Shown: positions 48,701 through 62,452, numbered from the stretch's first letter. The stretch: 64,000 nt of DNA from Ostrea edulis (GCF_947568905.1 NC_079168.1:69130001-69194000), one strand, 5' to 3'. Notes: generated by a model not told the origin, from the sequence alone. Translations and numbers: made by a program.

Positions 48701-49490
48701 TATTGTCAAGGGCAATAACTCCTATGGTGATGTTACTCCATTGTACAAGTGTCTAATATATACTATTTCTCCGAAATCCACAATTAGACTCCACCCACAC
48801 ACACTCACCCACCCACACACATAAACAATTAAAAAAAATTGTTGATTTTCCTATGATTATCAATTAAATTACACTATATGAAAAGGAAATTATGGTAAGG
48901 TTCATGGATACCGAATCTGAGAACTGGATGACATCGATTTTTATATTCAGTAAAAGTGACGATCATTACTCCTAAAGTATTTTTAGTAGAACAGTTATGA
49001 CCTGGCCGAATATTTCTCTGTTTTTATCAGTGACCTTGTTCTTGGCAAAATGACCTTGATTCAGGGTCATAACTTAATCTCACTGTCTGATCATAAGCAA
49101 CCTTTCTCATTTCATTCAAATTTATGGTCTAGGGCAAATATACTTTTTTCACTAGTAACCCAGATCTTAGCAAAATGACCTTGATTAAAGTCACGAAATA
49201 TCGTCTGGTCATCAGCAACCTTTGTGACAAGCATGACCTTAATTTTGTTTTTCAATAGTGAACTCGGCGAAATGACTTAGTTCAGAAAACATAATAGTTG
49301 TCTTCAATTATCACGAAGACAGATATTATGATGGTGACCATTTTACTCCAGATAGATTACACTATGTTAAGAGGTCTTGGGTAAACAGATATGTGTAACT
49401 TTTCGTAGGATAGGAGGAAGAATTGGGAATTTCACAGTTCCTGCCCTCTTGGGAGTCTAGAGTGGGACCAGCACCTCTGAAATATTTCAT

Positions 49491-50080
49491 TGAAAGGTGA
49501 AGATAACGAACAGTGATAAATCTCGTAACTCCTATAAGGAATACAAAATTGAGAATTAGGCAAACACGGACCCAGGGGTGGAATTAGATGCTTACTCCTC
49601 CTAGGCACCTGATCCCACCTCTGGTGTGTCCAGGGGTCCGTGTTTGCCCAACTATCTATTTTGTATTGCTTGTAGGAGTTATGAGATTGATCACTGTTCA
49701 TTACCTTCACCTTGCATGCAGCTCAAAACTTAAACGGGAAGTAGAATAGAACCACGCGTAACAGACGATTCTATTACTCGTGACAGTCCAAATTAACCAA
49801 ACAATCAAACTAAAAGAGACTGTCATTGGATAAAATGCTGTCTGACGTGTTTTATACCAATTGAGGTCGTTCTTGGCACACTGATTTTGACCTACGGATT
49901 ACTCCGTTTACCCAATCGAGATATAGGGCTCACGGCGGGTGTGACCTGTCAACAGAGGATGCTTACTTCTCCTAGACACCTGATCCCACCTCTGGTATGT
50001 CCAGGGGTCCGTGTTTGCCCCACTCTTAATTTTGTATTCATTTTATGAGTAATGAAATTGAATTGATCATTGTTCGTTAT
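49491..50080. mobile_element. Naiad-like PLE ends: inverted pair (49491-49716) and a direct copy (~49823-50080)
   Basis: TGAAAGGTGAAGATAACG..GGACCC is the reverse complement of GGGTCCGTG..TTCACCTTGCA; the third copy includes MLSDVF. Confidence 0.75.
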
Positions 50081-51544
50081 GGGAATGAAAGAAAATACAT
50101 TTACGATAGTACTCGTATGTTCCTTGTATGATAAGTAAAAATCTTGCTCTATTTCGTACCAGGAGCATACCAGGCGTCATATTTAACTTGCATGAGATTT
50201 CCGATGAAAAAATGTTCTCAACACTGAATTTGCTCTCTTTTAGTGGAAAATGGATGCTTAAACTTTTGAGAATTCGTTTCAAAGTAGTTTCTATGAACGC
50301 AGGCATGACTCTTTTGAACTAATCAGTCAGCGACTTGATAAGAATTTCGATAAGCCTCGTTTTGAGTTCAGTAAAAAAATATTAAAAAGTATCCGGACGT
50401 AAGGATAACGCAGACTACTAGATATATCCTCTTTCACCAAATTCAGTGACTCATGAAATTAACGTCACTATTAACAGGGCGGCAATGACGATACACGATC
50501 ACGACGTGGTTGATATAGCATCAGACTGTTTCCTTAATTCGCCAATCATAATGAGTGTTCCAACAGGCGGTATCCTGTAGAAGAAAAAATAGTTCTACAT
50601 AATTTTGCCCCCCCTCCCTTTCCATAAGAAAATGAATGATGCTAGATACAGAACATTCAGAAACGGTTGACCATAACTCATGTTGAGCTTTATCATAATG
50701 TGTCCTTTTTCCTTCTCCCTTCAGTGCTTCTTGACTCCCGGACAGGGTGTCCTAGTTATTTTGAGATTTTACTAGTAACTGAAGCATGAACCAGAATTGG
50801 GGGTAAGAAATGTAACAATCAAGAGTTGCTTAGTTTCCTAATAAGAAATCTGATTGAAAGTCAATTAGTAATTCTTCTAGATTTTTTTTCTTCTTTAAAA
50901 GTTTAACTTGTCTAGAAAAAAAAATAATGGTAGAAACATATTTCACTTTTGCTCGTTAGTTTCTGATATCTTAAATTGACACAAGACATCCGGCAGGCCT
51001 CCGTTCAGTGTAGTGGAACCTATAATTTTCTCTCGCGTTAAGTTAATTTTTCACACGATTTATCTTAAGGTGAAGCGAGAAGAGAAAGTGCTTTAAAAGT
51101 AAACATCAATCTTCGACTCGGAGGATGTCACGCGAGACTTCCCCTCCTCACCTCAGGCAATCAGCTGTGGAACATACTACCAGAAGGAGTAGCGGAATCA
51201 AACACGCCTCAGTGTATTAGAGGACTCTGCAGTTTTCAAACTTTTAACTTGTATTGTTTTTACTGAGCACCGTACACTCAGCTGATTCTGGACTTGTCTG
51301 GAGAAGACCGAGTTACACAGGTGTTTGTTGTCTTTACGTAATGTACTTCGGTTTTCAACGTAACATTTCTTCAGGTGAACGCATGAAAACTAACACCTGA
51401 AATAGTTGTTATTGTTAAATGAAAGAATGGAGACCCTGCATGGGATACTGTATGATATATTTGTTTGTTCATTTTATGCCTCTTTGTGAATTTTTCATCA
51501 CTAGCAAATTACAAATATAGAGCTATGCTTATCGTTCATGGTTG

Positions 51545-51735
51545 TAATAAATCTTTAACGTGCCAACGCTTGCCTCCGTGATTAAGGCCATATCCGAAGG
51601 ACCCGCGATAGCTTCAAGCGTTTGGCGAAGGAGCCATCACTATCTATGTTTACGTCTTATGTTTAACGTGGACGTGGCACAGGCGGAGCTCGAACTCACG
51701 ACATCCCGAGAACACTCTTCCACCGAGGTACTGCA
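51545..51735 (-). mobile_element. degenerate tRNA-type SINE
   Basis: AGCGTTTGGCGAAGGAGC block and reverse B box CTCGAACTC. Confidence 0.6.
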
Positions 51736-53029
51736 ACCAATACCAAGATAGATTTGTGCAGATTACACAAATGATCCGGTCTATTTCAAGTGACATCACT
51801 GTTTCATTTCCATTGGAGGTTAATGGGGTGATTTACAAACCGAAAATGGTATATAAACGAGACAGTTGATGTGTTTTCTCATTGACGACCCCGCGATGAT
51901 TAATCCGCAGACGGAGTATATTTTAAGGATGTCTCAGTTTGCAGTGAAAACAATCATGGCTACCACAGTAACAGGAGGACAAACTTCTGTAGGAGTGTCA
52001 GAGTTTACAGAAACTTCCCAGTGAAATACTCTGATATTCAGCATTCATAGGGGAAAGAAAGGAGAAAATATGGCGAGCAATTTAAATCTTTGATACATTT
52101 CTGAGTAAGTTTAGTCGTCTCCTGGGGGCTAAAGAAGTCTGTTGCAATCTTTATACTTGTGGAGAACTACACTTGTTTGGGCATTAATGTCGACATCTGT
52201 ATGACAGTTTTCCATAAAGCATTGTAAATAAAAATCTATAAAATATTATCAACGAATGTAAAAGAAAACCAGTATTGGATTTTGCCTGCATTCCACGGCA
52301 ATGAACACTATTGAAAAGGGATACCTCGAGGCCATTATTTTAATTCGTATAATTTGGTTCTGATGCAGCGGACGTTGTGAGATGGCGTGAAAATTCATTT
52401 TAGTCAGATAAGGTTTATGTAAACTTCATAATGCTCATCATCACGCAACTTGAGAAAAAAAGCGCTGGGAACAATGCTGGATATTTCCTGGAAAAGGCGT
52501 CATTGATCTCGGTGGATTTTGGCGGGCTGATGTCAATCTCGGTTGTAATTAGAAATTGACGCTGGTCGTCGTAATCACAGACAATGATGCAGAAAAAAAA
52601 TGACAAACTCCTCACTTTAAAATTCTTGTCATCTGAGAATCACTGCTGCGTCCCAGAGTGATTGTCATTATTCTATAATAGCTTGCTAATTTTAGACAAG
52701 GACGGTTAAATATTGTGATGGGGATCCAGTTCCCTATGGCTATTGAATATTTTGATAACATAAAATATGAATTAAACAATAATTCTTGGAGATGAGGACA
52801 AGTAAATATGTCTGACTCATCGTTCCTGGATATAAAATTCCTAAACACATTTTCTTATAAACATTACGATATAGGCAAACACAAAACGTACCTTTTTTGT
52901 GCTTGTGCCCCCTCAATATGAATTGTCCTAAGTATCAATACTAATAATTCCTGAAATAGGTTTTGAATTGGACAATATAGAAATCTGTTAATCACATTTA
53001 TTTTGTTTTTCTACACGTACTTCGGGAAG

Positions 53030-53285
53030 AGTTTTACCGGCCGCGATGCGTTCCTGTTAGAGACCCGCTCGTGCCATGCCATGCCCTAAGACGTAAAAAT
53101 ATGTAATGACTATTCTTCGATTCGAAGAGATGTTGGACACTTTTGCATGAGACCCCTTAGACCCGAGGTCCCGTGTTTTGGTAAGCTTTGGCACAATGAA
53201 AAACCCCTCAATAAAGACGTCTCCATATGAGTGAAAAATTGTGGAAAGAGACGTTACACAACATACAATTACATGTAATCAATCG
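53030..53285 (+). mobile_element. degenerate tRNA-type SINE
   Basis: CCTAAGACGTAAAAA, GAGGTCCCGTGT and GACGTCTCCATATGAGTGAAAAATT blocks. Confidence 0.65.
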
Positions 53286-53378
53286 ATAATACGGCCCTGA
53301 GCGTCATACATTGGGCAAAGTTTGTGGCACTTTCACTATTCCTTCATGACAAAGCTAGAATACGTGTTCTTCATGTTC

Positions 53379-53722
53379 AATATAGACTTCTACTGATACA
53401 ACATGTACCAGAATAGTGAGATGATAATGATAATATCAGCAATATAGACTTCTACTGATACAACATGTACCAGAATAGTGAGATGATAATAATAATATCA
53501 GCAATATAGACTTTTACTACTGATACAACATGTACCAGAATAGTGAGATGATAATGATAATATCAGCAATATAGACTTCTACTGATACAACATGTACCAG
53601 AATAGTGAGATGATAATAATAATATCAGCAATATAGACTTTTACTACTGATACAACATGTACCAGAATAGTGAGATGATAATGATAATATCAGCAATACA
53701 GACTTCTACTGATACAACATTT
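53379..53722. repeat. 62/65-bp tandem repeat, ~5.5 copies, alternating (127-bp dimer)
   Basis: Unit starts at 53379, 53441, 53503, 53568, 53630 and 53695. Confidence 0.93.
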
Positions 53723-53989
53723 ACCACCATAGGTTTTGTGCTTTGTTTGCTAAATACTCAGGAGTATATGTGCATCATCATTAACTACATGGTAAACATA
53801 GCCCACCATTGAGTCTTATTCTTTGACCACGAGAACATCAATTTCAAAGTTTTGGTGGATATCTCCTTACTCCACATTTGCACCAAGTTTCGAAATAAAC
53901 AAAATGTTCACGAGAAATGAAGACCCTGTATGTGATACTAGGGGCCACATCCGAGGAATCAATGCCCGAACTTGCTGCCATGAATTTAC

Positions 53990-54332
53990 ATAATGATTTA
54001 GTTGGCCATAACAACCTATCATTGGGTCGAATGCTGTCTGATGTGTTTCATACCGATTGTTAGGCCATTCTTGGCACACTGATTTTGACTACGGATTACT
54101 CCGTTTACCTGATCAAGACATAGGGCTTTGACCGGTTGACGGGGATGCTTACTCCTCCTAGGCACCTGATTCCACCTTTGGTGTGTCCAGTGGTCCGTGT
54201 TTGCCCAACTCTCTGTTTTGTATTGCTTGTAGGCGTTATGAGAGTGATCACTGTTCATTATCTTCATATGAGAGGAAATATTCTCGAGAGGGACGTTAAA
54301 CAATATACAATCAATCGTTATCTTCACCTTTC
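53990..54332 (+). mobile_element. Naiad-like PLE 3' end, with a SINE tail embedded near its terminus
   Basis: NLSLGRMLSDVFHTDC* plus the shared 3' region; CATATGAG..GACGTTAAACAATATACAATCAATC inserted at ~54268-54315. Confidence 0.72.
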
Positions 54333-55086
54333 ATGCTACATATTTAGAAGCCAAGGGAATTATTTTTAAATATTCAAAGTTAAACAGTAGTTTTTCAATG
54401 GTGGAAACCAGACCAAAATTTTGTCAATATTTTAAACTATAATATCTCGATAATTTCTATAAATTATTGATTACCGAATATATTTAGAAACCGAATATAT
54501 TTAGATTTTTTTCTTCTTCAAATTCATAATTTGAACTTATACTTTATTATTAGCTCTGCTGAAATTAACCTTGAAAGTTGACCTAAACAGTGTTTTTCAT
54601 ATTTTAGCACCGATTTTGTCATAAATTTTGGCCTTTAAGCACTCCAGGGCAGGCCTGTCCCTAAATGAAATTATGATAATTTGATGGGTTATAATCTTAA
54701 GAACATTTCACAATATGATATTTTTAGTGGCACCCCTGACCTGAGGTAGAAATTCACAGAAAACACAAAATATTGGAGAACCTGTTTTTTGACGTTGAAC
54801 CTAGTTCATATTTATACTCTCAGGTCTTGAATTTAGACGGAGACAAGTATTTTCAAAAGAAAACAAAAAGACCGACATATCTCGCTTATTCAAACATATT
54901 TCAAGACATATCTCATATAATAACTATTAACTTTGTGTTGCTGAACAGAATAGACGTGCTCTATAAAAAATCATCTAGGCAAAGAAACGGATAATTATTT
55001 TGATGTTTATATTTTAAATATTTTGTGTTTAGTTATCATCATCTTGAAGTATATCTACAAAATGTAGATATTGAATGAAGATTATC

Positions 55087-55088
<2 letters not shown>

Positions 55089-55146
<58 letters not shown>
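55089..55146. repeat. (AG)n microsatellite
   Basis: Direct observation. Confidence 0.97.
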
Positions 55147-55149
<3 letters not shown>

Positions 55150-55748
55150 TGTCACTGTATCAGTGTATGCTGAGGATTCTAATTTCATGGTTCGAATTCA
55201 CCTGACGCCACGCTTACTATTTTTTTTTTTTTAATTTCACTTTTTCAACACTTTTTGTTATATTTTGTAGAAAAAAATGCACAATACATTGTATTCGATT
55301 GATGTCTGTCACCTGGACAAAATTCTAGATGTTCTATTTTTAGAACGTGGTTTGTCAGAGTTTAACACTTGTTTTGCCGTAACACTACACTATAGAAAGG
55401 AAGGCTCTAGAATCTTCTTTTTAGTACCGACTGTAAATTTTGTGGTAATAAGCATTCTATAAGCACTCTAAGGAATTATATTTGGACACTGTTTTAATGA
55501 GCTTTAGTTAAACCTACTGTAAGTTATTAATTTTTTCATTGATATGTTTTTCTGTAAATAACTGTAAATAAATTGTTAAATCTTTGAATTGTTTGCGATT
55601 GATTTTTGCTGGTCAGATAAGGTTTATTCTGACCCATGACAGTGGAACTATGTCTCGATGTGGCAGACTAATCCTTCTGCGTTACTCTACTCGAGTATTG
55701 CCACAGATAAAAGCATACCAAGCTAAGCATGCTGTGTTTGCCAATTAA

Positions 55749-58413
55749 GGAGATACTCTACATTCTCATAATGGCTGACTTCTTTTAAAATATGGATGAA
55801 AATATAAATATCAGCAATACATTTGTATTTGTCTATTCATTTCAAATAGACATCGCCGAGCTGAGTAGTATGGCAAGCCCTTTTACTATTTATTCATAAA
55901 ATAAGATATCTCTTTAAATAAGAGAGATATCTCTTTTGGTTAAAGACATATCTCTGTAAGTTAGAGAGATATCTTTTTACGCTAGGGAGAGATCTCTTTT
56001 GTTTAAAGAGATATCTCTTTAAACAAAAGAGATATCTCTTTTAATGAAAGAGACATCTCTTTAAGCAAATGAAATATCTCTTTACGCTTGGGAGATATCT
56101 CTTTCTCTTTGAGAGATATCTCTCTAAGCTAGAGAGATATCTCTCAGAGAGAAAGATATATCTCTCTAGCGTAAAGAGATATCTCTCTATCGATGTAAAA
56201 AGAGATATCTCTTTAAGTTAGAAAGATATCTCTTTAAATTTTCAAAAAGAGGTATCTCTTTACTATAAAGAGATATCTCTTTAGATCCCCCCCCCGGTGA
56301 TCATAATGACTTCTCCCTATTGCATTGTCATTGAAATGATGTAACCCTATTTTTTAACCAAGCAAAATACTTCTAGCGTACAAATGGCGGGAAAGGTTGA
56401 AGAGGTGGTTGGGGTAATATTGTCAAGTTGCCGAGGGACGAAATCTAGTCTAGCTCGCATATTTCATCAATTTATTGTCTTTGTTTTTTGTTACCTGTAA
56501 ATGTATACATTTCACATGCGGTAAAATGCAAAATCTTCTCACGGGATTGCAGCCATTAGGGTGTCGCTAAAACGCGGAACGGAAAACGAAACGGAACGGA
56601 ATTAAAGAATTGGAATGATTAATGTAGATAAGATAACGGTAAAAATCGGTGGTGAGGGTCCATTTTGATTAAAATCAACAATTTGGGAATTGTTTACAAG
56701 CGATAAAACAACTTTATCTTAAAATTTTGCATCATAAATTGATTAATCGAATTTCGGTAAACGTTAGTATAAGAATTTACAAGGCATTTTACAAGAATTT
56801 CGAAATTTCGGCAATGTCAGAGGCGAGCAGTGACACCTAACCTATGGGTAGAGAATGAAAAGAACACACGTGGTTTATATCCCCCCCCCCCCCCCCCGTT
56901 GGCAAAACGTCATTAACGCACATGCACACGTATTTACACATAATACCGTGTATGTGTGTTATTACAACAAGGAGTGTGATATGTATAAAACAATAATAAT
57001 TCATGATCTTATTTAGTCAACAAGTTAAACAAATTTTGTCTGATTTATCATTTTTTAACTAACAGGAGACTTAGTAACCGCAACACTCCAATCCTAAATA
57101 GGGAGAACTTCTGGCAGTTAGTTTTTAAACTAAATACTTGTATAGCTTAACATTTGGATTAATAATGAGATGACTTTAATTCCATTCAAGCATAAATTCT
57201 GTGTTAGCTTTTTAGCTACTTCATATATTATGAAATAAATCTGTTAATTCCTCTTACTATTGGTCGTAAACTTCATGCACCCTAGTTAACATTGGTTTTG
57301 TTTCAATCTTTCTTTCCTGCTGTATCTGTTTCAACACTAATCCGCATGCTATCGGTAAATGTACGAACTTTCACATAGATTCATCCCAAATGAGGCAAAA
57401 CTTTTTTCTTCACCGGACTCGTTCACTTTAAAATTTGATTTGATACATAAATGTATATTGTATCAGGTGTTGAACTAAATAATTCAAATTCAGTTATCTT
57501 AAACAGATGTAGTTTGATTAAAAGCACGTTCAATTTAAAAAGGCTATGTTTAGGGAAACTTGTTCAAAGAATTATTTTATCTTTTACAATGTTGTTTTCG
57601 GGGGAGTGGGGTGTACCTTTTATTCATTGGATGGGCTCATAAAATATTTTCTTACCATACCAGCCAGAATAAAGTAATAGATTATAATTCAAGTCTTTTT
57701 CAGTATGTTACCTTATTTATTTTTTCTTCATTTGTGAAACAACATACTGTCAAAATTTGGGTGTGTGTGTGTGTGAGATATCTCTTTCTCTTTGAGAGAT
57801 ATCTCTTTTTCAACGATCAAAAAGATATCTCTTATACTTTGAGAGATATCTCTCTAGGAATTCTTAGAGAGATATCTCTTTAAGTGAAAGAGATATATCT
57901 CTAAGTGAAAGAGATATCTCTTAAAGTGTAAGAGATATCTCTCTAAGTGAAAGAGATATCTCTTAAAATGAAAGAGATATCTCTTTAAGTGTAAGAGATA
58001 TCTTTAAAAGTAAAAGAGATATCTCTCTAAGTGAAAGAGATATCTCTCTAGGTGAAAGAGATATCTCTTATCTAGAGAGATATCTCTTAAGATTAAGAGA
58101 TATCTCTCATTTTAAAGAGATATCTCTTTAAAATAAGAGATATCTCTTTAATTTAAAGAGATACCTTATTTTTCGAATAAATAGTAAAAGGGCTTGCCAT
58201 AGAGTAGCTCAGTAGGTTAGCACGTCGACTGCTGAACTGTAGATCGTGTGTTCGAGTCCAGCAGGGGTTTTAATTTTTTTTCCAGATTGCTGTCTACTAA
58301 AACTGCATTTTTTGACTAAATAAAGTAAATTTGAAAGTTTTCAATTCAAAATATTTTTGTACATATCATCCACTTTTCATTTATCTTAAATCTCTCTGGT
58401 GTAGCATACCTCC
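55749..58413. mobile_element. non-autonomous Kolobok-like element (copy 2), split by a nested 2.3-kb element
   Basis: TTAA|GGAGATACTCTACA ... TGTAGCATACCTCC|TTAA; the two halves join into a sequence matching 9744-10063. Confidence 0.85.
55869..58201. mobile_element. IS3EU-like non-autonomous DNA transposon with long foldback arms
   Basis: TIR TATGGCAAGCCCTTTTACTATTTATTC / GAATAAATAGTAAAAGGGCTTGCCATA; 6-bp TSD GAGTAG (55863-55868, 58202-58207); ~400-bp arms of GAGATATCTC repeats. TAY..RTA termini with a 6-bp TSD fit IS3EU as I recall it. Confidence 0.8.
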
Positions 58414-59499
58414 TTAAGAACATTTTAGGGACTGAGAAACAGGTGTGTTTTGTTGCTGTGCATAAATGTACGCATACGTTTGAATTCAACGGGCTAATTC
58501 AAAATGCACAAAATTACACAACACACAACATTAGCTACATTCTCTCGGATTCCCATTTTCACAATTCTAAGATCATGCATCAATGTTATGTTACTTGGTA
58601 TTATCCTTGAACAACTTCCGGTCCGAGAGGTTGATGACTGGATTTTAGATTGTGCAAGTTCAGTAAACGTTTGATTAAATCGAAAACCGAAGAATGCCAT
58701 CATCTATGGTGTATATGCTGCATTTTACTTTGGCTTTGCTCAGCAGGGACTAGAATTTGTAAATTTTCTCCGACACGACAGCGTAAGTAGGCAGTGTCAG
58801 CGCAACCGGATGTAAGTGTTAATCGATTTACTGGTTCCTGTAAGCACGTCAGCAATAAATAAAATTCTAACAAATTATGAAATTATATCAGCCTTTAGAT
58901 AAGTCAATTACATTTAAGTTATTAGTGTTATGAAATATAGATAGCAATAAATGAATATGCCTCATATATATATTTTGTTCCTGACCTGGTGGCCCTGTTT
59001 TTCAAGTGATACTTTTAGCATAATTCTCGTCACAAAACTTATTGTCATGATACACAAAATTCGCGAAAACCGATTTGCAGCAAAAATAATAGTAATCGGA
59101 TTTATCACCAAACATGCATGCATGTGTCATACAGGAATGAAAGTACCACCCCCGGATGTTTAGTTTACTAAACGTAGAGCAGGTGTTTGAAGCTGAAGCG
59201 GCGATATATCGGCTTAAATAGAGAAAGTGTCCCGTGATTGGCCAAAATCAACAGCGAAATTATTCGGAATTGAAAGAGTACGTGTTTAAATCAATTATTG
59301 TTAAGAGAAATTATGACACAAAATCGAGAAATCACTGAGAAAATTATCGTGTTGGGGGTGTTTAAAATGAAGGGGGCAATTCACTGCGGATTATTACATG
59401 TTGTAAAGAGGTACAAATATCACCTATAAAAAGGCAATGCAATCCAATACATTTGTTGTGGGGTTTTATCATCCTACAAATATTGTTGGGTTGGTTTGG

Positions 59500-59625
59500 T
59501 TTGGTTGTATATTGATCAACGTCCCTCTTGAGTTTTTTCCCGCTCATATGAAGACATTACCATTACCGGTGAAGGGCTTCAAAGTTTAAGCCTATGCTCG
59601 GCGCTTACGGGAGGGACCTTTATAT
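59500..59625 (-). mobile_element. SINE 3' fragment
   Basis: CATATGAAGAC..ACCGGTGAAGGGCTTCAAA..GCCTATGCTCGGCGCTTACGG. Confidence 0.7.
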
Positions 59626-59649
59626 TCATCTTGGTCGTAAACCTTTTCG

Positions 59650-60737
59650 TGTTATTGGGTGGGGGATACGTCATGTTATTGGATGTGTGGTACGTCATGT
59701 TATTGGATGGGTGATACGTCATGATATTGGATGGGTGATACGTCATGTTATTGGATGGGAGATACGTCATGTTATTGGCTGGGTGATACGTCATGTTATT
59801 GGATGGGTGATACGTCATGTTATTGGATGGGAGATACGTCATGTTATTGGCTGGGTGATACGTCATGTTATTGGCTGGGTGATACGTCATGTTATTGGCT
59901 GGGTGATACGTCATGTTATTGGCTGGGTAAAACGTCATGTTATTGGCTGGGTGATACGTCATGATATTGGATGGGTGATACGTCATGTTATTGGATGTGA
60001 GATACTTCATGTTATTGGCTGGGTGATACGTCATGTTATTGGCTGGGTGATACGTCATGTTATTGGCTGGGTGATACGTCATGTTATTGGCTGGGTGATA
60101 CGTCATGTTATTGGATGGGTAAAACGTCATGTTATTGGATGGGTGATATGTCATGTTATTGGCTGGGTGATACGTCATGTTATTTGATGGGGGATATGTC
60201 ATGTTATTGGATGGGGGATATGTCATGTTATTGGATGGGTGATACGTCATGTTATTGGATGGGTGATACGTCATGTTATTGGATGGGTTATTGGATGTGT
60301 GATACGTCGTGTTATTGGATGTGTGATACGTCATGTTATTGGATGGGGGATATGTCATGTTATTGGATGTGTGATACGTCATGTTATTGGATGGGGGATA
60401 TGTCATGTTATTGGATGGGTGATACGTCATGTTATTGGATGGGTGGTACGTCATGTTATTGGATGGGTTATTGGATGTGTGATACGTCGTGTTATTGGAT
60501 GTGTGATACGTCATGTTATTGGATGTGTGATACGTCATGTTATTGGATGTGTGATACGTCATGTTATTGGATGGGGGATACATCATGTTATTGGATGGGT
60601 GATACGTCATGTTATTGAATGGGGGATATGTCGTGTTATTGAATGGGGGATATGTCGTGTTATTGAATGGAGGATACGTCATAATATTGAATGGGGGATA
60701 CGTCATGTTATTGGATGGGGGATATGTCGTGTCATTA
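59650..60737. repeat. 24-bp minisatellite (GATACGTCATGTTATTGG[A/C]TGGGT), ~45 copies
   Basis: Direct observation; explains the periodic ORFs at 59579-60742. Confidence 0.96.
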
Positions 60738-60888
60738 GATGAATGAGTGTATACTCACGGTCATATATAATAATTTAATACAGATATCAGAACCTTTTAG
60801 TCGGTTTATTAATTAATCAATATTCAAATCTTACCATTTCGTTGTTCAGACTACGAAGTCATTTGTGTAAGGATATGCAACAAACAAG

Positions 60889-61292
60889 GATTATATCGTG
60901 TCAATATCATGCAATATACCTCTATATTGTTTACATCGTGTCAATATCATACAATATACCTTTATATTGTTTATATCGTGTCAATATCATACAATGTACC
61001 TTTATATTGTTTATATCGTGTCAATATCATACAATATACCTTTATATTGATTATATCGTGTCAGTATCATACAATATACCTTTATATTGTTTATATCGTG
61101 TCAATATCATACAATATACCTTTATATTGTTTATATCGTGTCAATATCATACAATATACCTTTATATTGATTATATCGTGTCAATATCATACAATATACC
61201 TTTATATTGATTATATCGTGTCAATATCATACAATATACCTTTATAGTGTTTATATCGTGTCAGTATCATACAATATACATGTACCTTTATA
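60889..61292. repeat. 40-bp minisatellite, ~10 copies
   Basis: TTTATATTGTTTATATCGTGTCAATATCATACAATATACC units. Confidence 0.95.
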
Positions 61293-62187
61293 TTGTTTCC
61301 GATTCTGGTTTAAGGTAGCGACGGATAGGAATCACGTAATCAATAAAAAAAAAAAAGTATTTTTACATGAATTTATTTTTCGGAATTCCTTGCGCCGTCA
61401 TAGAGTAATTGAAAAACAAAGAGGGATTCTGAGAATGTCTTACTGTAACAGGGCCGAGTAGAGAGAGAAAATTATCAGTAGATTTGATTAAGTATATCTA
61501 TGGTTAAGATGGCTATGGGTTTCACTACTACCAGCACGGGTTCCGCCCATGATGAAGCGTTCTTGAATATTCGTTTGATACAGTATTAAAAGAACAAGGT
61601 CTCAAAAGAAATATCGGTATATTCACGTGAAGAATAAAAGTATTGGCACTGACTCTATGGAGTAGATGAGTGACACATAACACCATCTGTTCTGATGTCT
61701 GAGATTAGCCCGCATCTTTCTCCTCCCTCCCAGTCCCATTACCCAAGATGAAGATAACAGACGGTGCCACTTCACGCCGTAATCAGCTCGGACGGTGTGG
61801 AAACTGGTTCAGGCATCTTGATGACAACAAGAGGCGATGACTTGGCTTTATGGCTTTATAAACTATCAATTTTACTGGATAATGCTATAATATCCGTGGT
61901 TTCATTTCGTAATCGACCTGCAAATCGGCACGGAAATCGCTAGAACAACTGAGCGAAGTTTTGTCGGTCAGACACTTCAAGATTCTAATTATCTTATGTA
62001 TTCATTACAGTATTTAAATGCTTTCATTTTGTAATTTCATCATTTTTGATCATTTCAAATTGAAACTGATTGAAAGACACACTCTCTTTTTATATATTAT
62101 CAATAGATATCTGTCATGTTTGAAATTTTGAATGTATTTATCTTTTTTTCTCATGGTAGTTTGGTTGTTAGAATGTTCGCTTCATGA

Positions 62188-62188
<1 letters not shown>

Positions 62189-62237
<49 letters not shown>
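62189..62237. repeat. poly(G) tract (49 nt)
   Basis: Direct observation. Confidence 0.9.
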
Positions 62238-62238
<1 letters not shown>

Positions 62239-62452
62239 CTCCGCTCATGCTTTGGCAGCCTGAAACCTAAGATGTTAAGATTGGTAAAAATACTTAGTGA
62301 TTCGACAAACATTCGGTATGTAGAGGCGAGAACCTTTAAAAACTGGAGTCCCGTGTCACGGCATGTTGTTGGTACAACAATAGAGTACACCATTAGGGTA
62401 CATGATATACCCATCTGAAACTACATGTATATATCTGTGTTTGCATGCAAAA

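Noticed and set aside
59579-61461. Periodic ORFs (NNMTYHPS, VIRHVIGW, SCQYHTIYLY)
   Set aside because: Translations of the 24-bp and 40-bp minisatellites; no splice or promoter evidence.
62151-62414. Polyproline ORF
   Set aside because: Translation of the poly(G) tract, whose length may itself be a sequencing artefact.
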